Part shown: positions 12,651 through 25,197 of the stretch, piece after piece
Layout: every line of letters starts with the position of its first letter
How positions within the stretch are numbered: the stretch's first letter is position 1
Position numbers and translations under genes: made by a program
NCBI RefSeq assembly: GCF_963921235.1
Contig: NC_086097.1
Span: 153,142,001 to 153,206,000 of the forward strand
Direction: 5' to 3'
DNA from: Mobula hypostoma
Taxonomy: Eukaryota
DNA: 64,000 nt
The notes under the pieces: model-generated
The model's database searches: none
What the model was told of the DNA's origin: nothing
What the model saw: the letters and a program-made list of their open reading frames with translations, nothing else

Positions 12651-14094
12651 TTAGCAGAATGATCCTGTGGGAGCTGACGGTGATATGAAGAAACCATTTT
12701 CCATATATATATTACAACTCGTTTTGTGTAAGCTCCTGTAATAATAGCAAGACATGCAATAATAGCATTCAAGCATGCACTTTGAGGGGTACGAATGTCA
12801 TATACTTATAAAAGTGGATACAAGACCAGCATATTGGCAGAGCAGAGCTGTATCCAATGCTTTGAAAGTGCAGGTAGAAGAAGACCTTAACCAGACTTGA
12901 GTGGCATGGAGAAGTGGTGAAGGTGAAACACATTGCATTGGTCCTTAAACCGAATAAACACTTGACTCTGGAGATTACAGGATGATCCTTAACAGGGTAG
13001 TACATGACATACCATTGTCCCCTGCCTGCATTCTAGGATTTGGCAAAATCAAAAGATTTTACAAAGCTATTATTTTCTCAAGCAATACCCAGCTTAACCT
13101 TGATGAAGAAATCCAGGGCCTCTTGATAAACAACACCCAGAAAGGGTTATACTTATGGTGTTACTTATGAGATAAAATTTGCATCATATATACTCCTAGC
13201 AACTGTTGGAAACAATATTGCAGGGGATCCGTGAATATTTTGTAATCAAGCTTATAATGACAATAGACTTTTAGGCAAGGAACCTCAGCTACTCCAGGAA
13301 GCGTTTAGGAGAGTGTATCAAAGTAATATCAAACTTAAACTAAAAAACTATTTTATTTCATTAAAAAAGAGTTGATTGCATCAAAATTGGCCACAGCTGG
13401 TGAAAGAAAGTTGAGGCCATCGTTAAATTCGGGAAAACTGACAATGTTTCTGGGTTCAAGTTGTTTTTGAATATTATGCCAAATTTCTGTCTGGTATTTC
13501 CAGAGTGTAACACCACATTCTTAATTATTCAAGAAAGCCAAAGCAAAGCACTGAAGTAAGGATCAACAAAACTTGTTCAGTATAAGTTTTAAAAAAAGAG
13601 TTATTTTCAGTACAAGACATCACTGAAACTGATTTGCTATGCTTCTGTCAGTGAGACTAAAGCTCTACTTATGGGTCATCACGGATATGGGTCATGACAG
13701 CCTATATCATGCACACTGACCAATTTTTTTTTAATGCACAAAGATGCATTGGTGATTATGTTCAGAGTAACAAGATTTTGACAGCTCCAGCTTGGAAGAT
13801 TGTTTACCTTCAATACCGATCACAATTCCCTACTGACTACACAGAGTTTGAAATCTGCCATTCATGCAAGGCCTGTATCACAATTGCAAAGATAGACTGT
13901 TTTTCCTGACTTAATAAGGTTATGGCATTGAATACACAATGTTTCTAGTGATTACACTGCTGAGACTACAGCAAATAGAGAGAAAAAAATGTTAATTTTA
14001 CAGACAGTAGATTGCTGTTTATTTGCCGCACAGAGAAATTAGCTAGAGATGAAATAATCCAACTTTGAAGCAGATTTGTGATTATACACACATG

Positions 14095-15945
14095 ATAGAG
14101 TTGTAGACCATTACAGCACAGAAAAGGACTCTTTGGCCCAACCAGGCCAAACGGTTATTCTGCGTAGTTCTATTGACTCACACCTGGACTAAAGCCCTCT
14201 AATACCCTTCCCTTCCCTGTACCTATCCAAACTTCTTTTAAATTTTGCAATCAAGCCTGCATTCACCATGTCTGCTGACAGTTCACCTACACTCGCACCA
14301 TCTTCTGAGTGAAGAATTTACCCCTAAAGTTTCCCAAAAATATTTCACTTTTCATCATTAACCCATGCCATTATTTCTAGTCTCATCCAAATTCCTGCTT
14401 ATGTTTCCCCTATCTATACCCCTCATAATAATCATAACACCTCTATCAAACCTTCCTTCATTTTCTAGTGCTTCAGGTAAAAAAATCCTAACTTTTTTTT
14501 CCTATTACTCAGGTCCTCAAGCCCTGGCAGCATCTTTGTAACTTTTCTGTACTCATTCAATTTTATCGCTATCTTTCCAGTAGGTATGTGACCAGAAATG
14601 GACACAGTACTCCAAATGTGGCCTCAGTATTGTCTTATGTTACTTCAGTATGACAGGCCAACTTCTGTACTCAAATTTTGATTTATGAAAGCCAATGTGC
14701 AAAAAGCTCTCATTACTCTATCTACTTGTGGCAACACTTTCAAGGAATTATGGATCTGTATTCCCGGATTCCTCTGTTCTACCATTATGTCCTAACATTC
14801 ACTGTTTAAATCCTACTCTGGTTTGTCCTTCCAAATAGCAACACCTCACACTTGTCTCCATTAAATTACATCTGCCATTTTTCAACCAATTTTGTCCATC
14901 TGGTCCAAATCCTACATCAAGCTTAGATAGTACTCCTCATTGTCCACTCTGTCCCCGATCTTGTTGGCATAGGCAAACTTGCTGATTCAGTTTACCACAT
15001 TATCACCCAATTCATTAGTATAGATCACAAACAGCAATGGACCCAGCAATAATCCCTGCAGCATGTCACTATTCACAGGCCTCCAGTCAGAGAGGCAATC
15101 ATCTACTACCACTCTGGCTTCTTGCACTAAGCCAATTTACTATTTCATCCTGAAAGCCAAGCAACCGAACTATTTGGTCCAGCCTCCCTTATAGAATTTT
15201 GTCAGAGACCTTACAAAGCTCCACGTGGGAAAAGTCCACTGCCTTTCCTTCATTGATCTTTGGTATCCTCCTCAAAATACTCTTTAAGGTAGTTAGACAC
15301 AGCCTACCATGCACAAAGCCCTGTTGGCTCTCTCTAATCAGACTCTGTCCATCTAAGTACTTATATATCATATTCCTTAGAATACCTCTCAATAATTTAT
15401 CCACTATTGATGTCAGGCTCACTGGTCTATCATTTCCAGGTTTATTCTTAGAACCTTTCTTAAACAATGGAGCAACATTAGCTATACCCAAGTCCTTTGG
15501 CACCTCACACGTGGCTAAGAATATTTCAAATATCTCTGCCAGGGCCTCTGCAATTTCTATGGCAGTCCCAGTTAAGAAAAAAGAAGTTCAAATAATCCAC
15601 TTTTATAGCCCTGTTCTCCGTACACATTTGCTCCTCTAATTCCTGCTGACTACTGCAGGGCTCATAATACAGTCCCATCAAAATGATCATTCCCTTCTTA
15701 GTTGTCTCTAAAGTATGCACATAATGTTCTCTCTAATCAAAGACACAACTCCTACAGCTTTCTTATTTTCAGCTCTATCGCACTTGTTGTCTATGTATGG
15801 TGGACCACTGAGCTGCCAGTCTTGCCTATCCTTCATTCGTGTTCCTGTAATGGCTGCAGTATCCTATTCCCATGCACCTATCCATATCCTGAGTTCATCT
15901 GCTTTACCTTTCAGGCTTCTTACATTAACATAAAGGTAGCTTAAG
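14095..15945 (-). mobile_element. Older CR1 ORF2 remnant with a large internal deletion
   Basis: 'IANVAPLFKKGSKNKPGNDRPVSLTS' (RT) joins near 15560 directly to an APE-endonuclease segment ('YVNVRSLKGKADELRIWIGAWE'). Confidence 0.8.
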
Positions 15946-16046
15946 CCTTCAAAACTTCCACACTCCCTGTTCTTGCCTACTGAACTTACTTGCTTTATCT
16001 TCCATATTTGCCTCAAAATTTCATTTGCAATGCTACTGCTTTGAAA

Positions 16047-16319
16047 CAGACCCGGCTGGTGGCGTAGTGGCATCAGCGTCAGACTTCAGGACAAAAGGTC
16101 CCAGGTTCAAATCCAGCCAGCCAGCTCCCCTGCACGCTTTCCATCCGTGCCGGGTTACGAACTGGTGATCTCTTTGGAAATTCACCCGGCAGAAGGCAAC
16201 GGCAAACCACTGCTGTAACTTGCCTTGCCTCGTACGCGATTCCTCACTACGTCAGAGAGGAGTGGAGGGAAAACATCTGCTAACGAGAGAAACTTCGGAT
16301 GCGACGTACATTTCCTTTT
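16047..16319 (+). mobile_element. tRNA-derived SINE with RTE-like body
   Basis: Box A TGGCGTAGTGG, box B GGTTCAAATCC, RTE-like 'ggcaacggcaaaccact'; 13-bp TSD TACTGCTTTGAAA (16034-16046, 16320-16332). Confidence 0.85.
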
Positions 16320-17329
16320 TACTGCTTTGAAAGCTAATTCCCTGCTGGACTTGCTTAAAAGCTATTGAGTAGCTCCACAAATCTTCGTGTCAGAATGTGA
16401 TGAATCCTGAGAGAACCCATATCCCATATAATTGAGATATCATAGTCCCACATCCAGATTAAGACTCGAACTAACTTATGTCCTAGAACTTCATAGATTT
16501 TTGTATTAAATTCATTGATTAAGCTTGATTGAATCATCAAATTAAACAGCACAGAATAAAACCAATTATCTGTGTGTTTATGCTCGCTCTTTAAAACAAA
16601 TGATCTAATTAGTGTGTTTTTTTTTACCTGCAATTTCCCCATGACCCTGGATGTGCCTCCATTATGATCAACTTTCTTTGATTTTAGACATTGAAACCAT
16701 TACAGTTTGGCACTTCTGCCTGCTATTCTTTTTTTCGGTTACCCTAATGGTCCGCCTGGAATGGAAATATTTTCACTTTCTTTGTTTTATCAGAATGATC
16801 CATATTTCAGTGTTGTTAAACAATACATAAAAACCAAGTATTTGTACTTTTGATTGCGCAATCTAATAATTTTAGAACACCACTATTACTGAATGATCCC
16901 AAGGGAAAACATATGGATTTTGTAACTTCTAACAAAATAATTTAAAATCCCTTTTCTTTTGCTTAAACTACTCCATGAACTTGCCACTCCTATCTTCCTG
17001 TCATCCTCAGATCTTTGCCTTCATTGACCCATTCACTGAAATCGCCTAACTCATTGTGTAGCTTTAAAATATCATTTTCCAGCTCAGAATAGATAACTTA
17101 TAAGATTGCTTCATTAACTTCTGAAGTTTCAAAGTACAAAGTAAATTTATTTTCAAAGACCATATATAACTTGGAGATTCATTTTCTTCTGGGCATATAT
17201 AGTAAATACAAGAACTGCGATAGAATAAATGAAAGACTCCACCCAACAGGATGGAAAAACAGCCAATGAGCTAAGGACAACAACTGTGCAAATACAAAGT
17301 AAAATAATTACAATAATAATTATTAATAT

Positions 17330-18240
17330 TATTGAGCTGAGAAAATATAAAAATATATAAGTCATAATACAAGAAGACACTGTCGCTATTAAAGAAAAAG
17401 TAACCCAATGGAAGTGCATGACCCTCCATGGAAGACTTCCCATGATCTGAGCAGATTAAGTATCAGCAAGAAATTATCACACACCTGACTCAGAGTTGGA
17501 GAACTCTTCCCAAAAAGAGAAGGGCTCCTTGTGGTAATACAGGACCAGGTGGTTAATACAAAAAAATTATCAAAAATACATAATGAAAGATCAACAAATT
17601 CAAAATGATAGATGTAGAAAATGCTGAGAAAAAAACAGAAACAATCAAACATATTAAAGGATCCTGTACCAGTTTAACACAATCTGAATAGTTACACAGG
17701 CACAATCAATTGGCAAACATCATTCATCAAAGCTTTACTTAAAAATACAAACTCATAAATGAAATCACACCTTCCTATAAATTCAAGCATGATGCAGTTT
17801 TAGAGTCATAATACCACAAATTATATTATTACTGATCAGTTATTACAGATAGGGCACTACATAATAACAATCTGGATATAATAATACAGGATAAACAAGC
17901 AAGAACAACTTTTTATAATAGATACAGCTATTCCAAACATAGATAACTCAAATAAATAAATAATACCAGAAATATGCTAAATTAAAAAAAGGAAATTGGA
18001 AAACTTTGGAACATGAACAAGATATACATTGTCCTGAAGGTAATATCTACAACTGGTGTCATCCCAAAGGCACTACACAATAGCAGTAAAAATTAGGGCT
18101 ACGCAGCAATATCTATGTAAATCTTCAGAAAGCCATAATACTGAACAGCACTAGAATACTCTGCAAGGCCCTAGCAATTGAAGAATGAATGTGTTTGGCT
18201 GTACTAATCCTCAGCTTGTACCAGCTTGAGCTGAAAAAAA
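17330..18240 (+). mobile_element. R4/Dong-like non-LTR retrotransposon 3' portion (CCHC knuckle plus restriction-like endonuclease), decayed
   Basis: Manual translation across stops and frameshifts: 'WKCMTLHGR..GELFPKREGLLVVIQDQVVNT..DRCRKC..ETIKHIKGSC..HRHNQLANIIHQ..TDRALHNNNLDIIIQDKQARTTFIIDTAIPN'. Not shown in the ORF track. Confidence 0.75.
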
Positions 18241-19619
18241 AAGCTATAAATATCAAGAACATGAGATGAAGAGTTATTGAAAGTGAATCCATATGTTGTG
18301 GGAAAAGTTTAGTGATGGGACGAGTGAAGTTATCTCCTCTGCTTCAAGAGATTGATGGTTGAGGGGTAATAACTGTTCCTCAGCCTAGTGGTGTGTATCC
18401 TGAAACCCCTGTACCTTCTTCTTGACAGCAGTAGCAAGAAGAGAACATGCTTTGGGTGTTGGAAGTCCTTGATGATGGATGCTGTTTCCTGCAACAGTGC
18501 TTCATGTAGATGTGCTCTATGGTGGGAAAATCTTTACCCATGATGCACTGGGTGATAGTCACTACTTTTTCGTAGGATTTTCTGTCAAAGGGCATTGTTG
18601 TTTCTCTACTAGGCCATGTTGCAACCAGTCAATATACTTTCCAAATTACATCTATAGAAGTTTGTCAAAATCTTAGCTATCATGCCAAATCTTAGCAAAA
18701 TTCTATGCAAGTTGAAGTATTGTTGTGCTCTCTTAGTAATTACACTTACATGCTGGCCCTAAGTTATCCTTTGAAATTATAATAATGTAAGACCATAAGA
18801 CAATAAGACAAAGGAGCAGAAGTCGGCCATTCAGCCCATCGAGTCTGCTCCGCCATTTTATCATGAGCTGATCCATTCTCCCATTTAGTCCCACTCCCCC
18901 GCCTTCTCACCATAACCTTTCATGCCCTGGCTACTCAGATACCTATCAATCTCTGCCTTAAAGACACCCAATGACTTGGCCTCCACTGCTGCCCGTGGCA
19001 ACAAATTCCATAGATTCACCACCCTCTGACTAAAAAATTTCTTCACATTTCTGTTCTGAATGGGCGCCTTTCAATCCTTAAGTCATGCCCTCTCATACTA
19101 GACTCCCCCATCATGGGAAACAACTTTGCCACATCCACTCTGTCCATGCCTTTCAACATTCAAAATGTTTCTATGAGGCCTCCCCTCATTCTTCTAACCT
19201 CCGAGGAATACAGTCCAAGAGCGGACAAACGTTCCTCATATGTTAACCCTCTCATTCCTGGAATCATTCTCGTGAATCTTCTCTGTACCCTCTCCAACGT
19301 CAGCACATCCTTTCTTAAATAAGGAGACCAAAACTACCCACAGTACTCCAAGTGAGGTCTCACCAGCGCCTTATAGAGCCTCAACATCACATCCTTGCTC
19401 CTATACTCTATTCCTCTAGAAACGAATGCCAACATTGCATTCGCCTTCTTCACCACCGACTCAACCTAAAGGTTAACCTTCAGGGTATCCTGTAGAAGGA
19501 CCTCCAAGTCCCATTGCATCTCAGAACTTTGAATTATTTCCCCATTTAAATAATAGTCTGCCCATTTATTTCTTCTGCCAAAGTGCATAAACGTACACTT
19601 TCCAACATTGTATTTCATT

Positions 19620-19751
19620 AACAACAGGAATTCTGCAGATGCTGGAAATTCAAGCAACACACATAAAAGTTGCTGGTGAACGCAGCAGGCCAGGCAGCAT
19701 CTCTAGGAAGAGGTGTAGTCGACGTTTCAGGCCGAGACCCTTCGTCAGGAC
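19620..19751 (-). mobile_element. Solo Penelope pLTR insertion (132 bp)
   Basis: 11-bp TSD TGTATTTCATT (19609-19619, 19752-19762); absent from the sister CR1 copy near 33585. Confidence 0.92.
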
Positions 19752-19752
19752 T
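19717..19752 (-). ncRNA. Minimal hammerhead ribozyme motif
   Basis: Minus strand: agtc-CTGACGA-a-gggt(ctcg)gcct-GAAAC-GTC-gact. Stem I, catalytic core and stem II are present; stem III is reduced, as in PLE hammerheads. Confidence 0.75.
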
Positions 19753-19905
19753 GTATTTCATTTGCCACTTCTTTGCCCATTCTTCCAATCTATCCAAGTC
19801 TCTCCGCAGACTCTCCGTTTCCTCAGCACTACCGCCCCTCCACTTATCTTCGTATCATCAGCAAAATTAGCCACAAAGCCATCTATTCCATAATCTAAAT
19901 CATTG

Positions 19906-21644
19906 AAACATAGAAACATAGAAACATAGAAAATAGATGCAGGAGTAGGCCATTCAGCCCTTCGAGCCTGCACTGCCATTCAGTATGATCATGGCTGATC
20001 ATCCAACTCAGAACCCTGTACCTGCCTTCTCTCCATACCCCCTGATTCCTTTAGCCACAAGGGCCATATCTAACTCCTTCTTAAATATAGCCAAAGAACT
20101 GGCCTCAACTGTTTCCTGTGGCAGAGAATTCCACAGATTCACCACTCTCTGTGTGAAGAGTTTTTCCTAATCTCGGTCCTAAAAGGCTTCCCCTTTATCC
20201 TCAAACTGTGACCCCTCGTTCTGGACTTCCCCAACATCGGGAACAATCTCCCTGCATCTAGCCTGTCCAATCCCTTTAAGATTTTATACATTTCAATAAG
20301 ATCCCCCCTCAATCTTCTAAATTCCACTGAGTATAAGCCTAGTCGATCCAGTCTTTCATCATATGAAAGTCCTGTCATCCCAGAAATCAATCTAGTGAAC
20401 CTTCTTTGCACTCCCTCTATGGCAAGAATGTCTTTCCTCAGATTAGGGACCAAAACTGCACACAATACTCCAGGTGTGGTCTTACCAAGGCCTTGTACAA
20501 CTGCAGTAGTACCTCCCTGCTCCTGTACTCGAATCCTCTTGCTATGAATGCCAGCATACCATTCGCCTTTTTCACCGCCTGCTGTACCTGCATGCCCACT
20601 TTCAATGACTGGTGTATAATGACACCCAGGTCTCGTTGCACCTCCCCTTTTCCTAATCGGCCACCATTCAGATAATAATCTGTTTTCCTATTTTTGCCAC
20701 CAAAGTGGATAACTTCACATTTATCCACACTAAATTGCATCTGCCATGAATTTGCCCACTCACCCAACCTATCCAAGTCACCCTGCATCCTCTTAGCATC
20801 CTCCTCACAGCTAACACTGCCGCCCAGCTTCGTGTCATCCGCAAACTTGGAGATGCTGCATTTAATTCCCTCATCCAAGTCATTAATATATATTGTAAAC
20901 AACTGGGGTCCCAGCACTGAGCCTTGCGGTACCCCACTAGTCACTGCCTGCCATTCTGAAAAGGTCCCGTTAATTCCCACTCTTTGCTTCCTGTCTGCTA
21001 ACCAATTCTCTATCCACATCAATACCTTACCCCCAATACCGTGTGCTTTAAGTTTGCACACTAATCTTCTGTGTGGGACCTTGTCAAAAGCCTTTTGAAA
21101 ATCCAAATATACCACACCCACTGGTTCTCCCCTATCCACTCTACTGGTAACATCCTCAAAAAATTCTATGAGATTCGTCAGACATGATTTTCCTTTCACA
21201 AATCCATGCTGACCTTGTCCGATGATTTCACCGCTTTCCAAATGTGCTGTTATCACATCTTTGATAACTGACTCTCGCATTTTCCCCACCACTAATGTTA
21301 GGCTTACCGGTCTATAATTTCCCGGTTTCTCTCTCTCTCCTTTTTTAAAAAGTGGGGTTACATTAGCCACCCTCCAATCCTCAGGAACTAGTCCAGAATC
21401 TAAAGAGTTTTGAAAAATTATTACTAATGTATCCACTATTTCTTGGGCTACTTCCTTAAGCACTCTGGGATGCAGACCATCTGGTCCTGGGGATTTATCT
21501 GCCTTTAATCCCTTCAATTTACCTAACACCACTTCCCTACTAGCAAGTATTTCCCTCAATTCCTCCATCTCACTAGACCCTCTGTCCCCTTCTATTTCCG
21601 AAAGATTATTTATGTCCTCCTTAATGAAGACAGAACCAAAGTAG
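19906..21644 (-). mobile_element. CR1 subfamily A, 5'-truncated, nested in CR1-B
   Basis: (TATGTTTC)n tail at 19906-19930; RT motifs 'GVPQGSVLGP' and 'FADDTKL'; frameshifts near the 3' end. Confidence 0.95.
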
Positions 21645-24149
21645 TTGATGTAAAATGTAAAAAGAAACGGGCCCAACACGGACCCCTGTGGAACACCACT
21701 AGTAACCGGCAGCCAACCAGAATAGGATCCCTTTATTCCCACTCTCTGTTTCCTGCCAATCAGCCAATGCTCTATCCACGTATGTAACTTTCCCGTAGTT
21801 CCATAGGCTCTTATCTTGTTAAGTAGCCTCGTGTGTGGCACCTTGTCAAAGGCCTTCTGAAAATCCAGATATACAACATCCACTGCATCTCCCTTGTCTA
21901 GCCTACTTGTAATTTCCTCAAAAAATTGTAATAGGTTTGTCAGGCAGGATTTCCCTTTAAGAAACCCATGCTGAGTTCTGTCAATCTTGTCATATGCCTC
22001 CAGGTACTCTGTAACCTCATCCTTGACAATCGACTCCTTAACAACTTCCCAACCACCGATGTCAAGCTAACAAGTCTATAATTTCATTTTTGCTTCCTTG
22101 CCCTCTTCTTAAATAGCAGAGTGACATTTGCAATCTTCCAGTCCTCCGGAACCATGCCAGAATCTATCGACTTTTGAAGGATCATCGCTAATGCCTCCAC
22201 AATCTCCACAGCTACTTCCTTCAGAACACGAGGGTGCATTCCATCTGGTCCGGGAGATTTATCCACCTTTAGACTATTCAGCTTCCTGAGTACTTTCTCT
22301 ATCGTAATTGTGACTGTGCACACTTCTCTTCCCTGCCACCCTTGACTGTTCGGTATACTGCTGATGTTTTCCTCAGTGAAAACTGATGCAAAATACTCGT
22401 TCATCAAGGAATAATTTCAAGTTGCAGACCATCTCCACCTTTAATCCCACAATGAGGACTGGCTCATGGACTTCTCGTTTCCTTCTCCTCAAGTCAATAA
22501 TCAGCTACTTGGTCTTGCTGACATTGAGTGAAAGATTGTTGTTGTGGCAGATTTTCAGTCTCCCTCCTATATGTTGACTCATTACCACATTGTTTCAGCC
22601 AATGACAGTGGTGTCATCAGCAAACTTAAATATGGCATTGCAGCTTTGCTTAGCCTTACAGTCATAACTGTAAAGTGAGTAAAGCAGAGGGCTAAGCACA
22701 CAGCCTTATGTGCTCATGGAGATGGTGGAGGAGATGTTGGTTCCAATCCAAACTGACTAGGGTCTGCAAGTGAGGAATTGAGGATCCAATTGCACAAGGA
22801 TATATTTAGGCCAAGGTCTTGAAGCTTATTGATTAGTTGTGAGGGGACAATAGTATTAAATACAGAACCGTATCAATGAATAGCATCCTGATGTTTGCAT
22901 TTTCACTGTTCAGGTGTTCCAGGGCAGGGTGAAGAGTCAATGAAATGGCTTCTGCTGTTGACCTGTTGTGACGGTAGGAAAATTGGAGCAGATCCAAATC
23001 ACTTCTCAAGCGGGAGATGATGTGTTTCATCGCCAACCTCTCAAAGCATTTTGTCACAGTGGATGTAAGTACTACTGGATGATAGTCACTGAGGCAGGTT
23101 ACCACGTTCTTCTTAGGTGCCAGTATAATTGAAGCCTGCTTGTTGCAAGTGGATACTTCAGACTGCTGAAACGAGAGGTTAAATTTCTCAGTGAACACCC
23201 CAGCTAATTAATTAGCACAGGTCTTTAGTACTTGTCCAGGTACCCATCTGGACTGGATACTTTCTGTGGGTTCACCCCCCTGAAGGATGCTCTCACATCA
23301 GTCTCAGGTCCAAGATCACAGGGTCACTAGAGGGCTGTGAGAGTTTGTGAAAGTTCCACCATGCTTTGATCGTCAAGGGCCAGCCTAGAAGGCATTGAGC
23401 TCATCAGGGAGTGAAACCTTGTTGTCACCTATGTCGCTTGGTTGCACTTTGTAAACAGTAATAGCATTCAAGCCCTGTCATAGCTGTTGATCGTCCTTCA
23501 TTGATCCAAGTTTGGTCTGGAATTGCCATTTTGGACATGAGATGGCTTTCCAGACATCTCATCTGGACCTCTTGTATCTTTTTCAGTCACCAAATATGAA
23601 CGCCACTGATCTGGCCCTCAGCAGTTTGTAGATCTCATGGTTTATCCAGGACATCTGGTTGGGGGAGACTCTGATTGATTCTGGGGAGACACATTCATCC
23701 ATTACTGTTTTTATAAAGTCCATGATAGCTGTGGTATATTAATTCAGATACTATGATGAGTCGTTGAACACGGCCCAGTCCACCGACTGGAAGCAATCCC
23801 ATAACCACTTCTCTGCCTCCCATGCGCCCCTCTTTGTCGTTCTAATCCCTGGAGCTTTGCTCTTTAGCCTCTGCCTGTACACAGGTAGGAGAAGGACAGC
23901 CAAGTGATCTGATTTCCCAAAATGTGGTCGAGGCATTGAATGGTAGTATTGTTATATATAGCAGTAGTTGAGCATGTTGGGACCCTGATGCTGCAGGTTA
24001 TATGCTGATGATAATTGAGCAGAGATTTTTTCAAACAAGCCTGACTGAAGTCTCCAACTATGATCTGAACTGCATCGGGGTGTGCTGATTCTCGTTTGGG
24101 TATGGCAGCTTTCAATAACTTCAGTGCCTGATTATTTTTAATTATTTGT

Positions 24150-24375
24150 TTGCTTACTTACTTAATGAATACAACACAGAATAGTTCCTATGGCCTTTCG
24201 ATCCTAGCCTAATCACGGGGCAATTTGTATTGACCAATTAACCTCTCAAATGACATGTCTTTTGGACTGTGGGAGGAAACCAGAGCACCCGGAGTAAACC
24301 CACGCTGTCACAGGGAGAACGTACAAACACTCCTTACAGACAGCAGTGGGAATTGAACCTGTGTCACTGTTCAGG
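24150..24375 (-). mobile_element. V-SINE-like element
   Basis: Core 'gtttgtacgttctccctgtgacagcgtgggtttactccgggtgctctggtttcctcccaca' and a box-B-like motif. Confidence 0.7.
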
Positions 24376-24529
24376 ACTAGGCAGTTAATTACTTCAGCTG
24401 CAGAAGAAGCCGGATATTTTTCAGTCACTCCTGACTTTGTGAAACAAAACATCATTGTCATCTTCAAAGCATAAGCTGGAATCACAAAATGACATTCTCT
24501 GAAAACAGTGCAGTTCCAGCAAACAAAAG

Positions 24530-25020
24530 GGTGTTCAAAGTCCAGTTTGTTGTCATCCAAGTACACGCATGCACAGTTAAAATTAAAATCTTAATCTCAA
24601 TAACATCACAAGCACATAGCTTCAGGTAAGCAGCATTCATAAGGAAAACATAAATCATACACAGTTTTATAAGAAAGAATTAGAAAAAAATGGTCCATTT
24701 TAGGACAACATTATCAAAGTGGTCATCGTGTTTTTATACTCTGGTGATTAGGGACATGCTGGTTAGTTCAAGAACCAAGTGATTGAAGGGAAGTAGCTGT
24801 TCTTGAACTTGGGGCTGTGGGACTGCAGTCTTCTGTACCTCCTGCCTGATGATATCTGTGTGAAGCCCGGGTAGCGGAGATCCTCGATAATCATTGCCTG
24901 CTTGAGGCACTGCCTCCGTTTGATATGTCAGTGTTGGGGAGGGTTGTGCCCATGATTTATTGGGCCGAATTCACTACTCTGCAGTTTCCTACGTTCTTGC
25001 ATATTCAAATTCACATATTG
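24530..25020 (-). mobile_element. Rex1/Babar 3' fragment
   Basis: Homologous to 18360-18600 and 60645-60945. Confidence 0.6.
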
Positions 25021-25197
25021 CAGTTTGCACTTGAAATGAATGTTGTACCTCACTAACCTCATTGCCACGTTCAGCCTACACCTTGCATTTTTCTTGGTGC
25101 TCATTCATGGAGTGTGATTTTATAAGTTGCTTGTTTCATCTGCGATGAACTGGGATTGATTGTTGATACACTTGCATTTCTTTGGTGGTATATTCTC

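Larger units (their letters stand above)
18788..22403 (-). mobile_element. CR1 subfamily B, 5'-truncated, hosting two insertions
   Basis: Near-identical to 32765-34490; (TCTTATGG)n tail; pieces at 18788-19619, 19752-19905 and 21645-22403. Confidence 0.93.
17125..24125 (-). mobile_element. Long Rex1/Babar LINE split by nested insertions (pieces at about 17125-17320, 18240-18787 and 22404-24125)
   Basis: ORFs 22833-23198 ('LSDYHPVVLTSTVTKCFERL..LQFSYRHNRST') and 23751-24115 (APE: 'IIVGDFSQA', 'FGKSDH'); the sequence is collinear across the insertions. Confidence 0.8.

Noticed and set aside
16047..16120. tRNA gene
   Set aside because: Boxes A and B are part of a TSD-flanked SINE.
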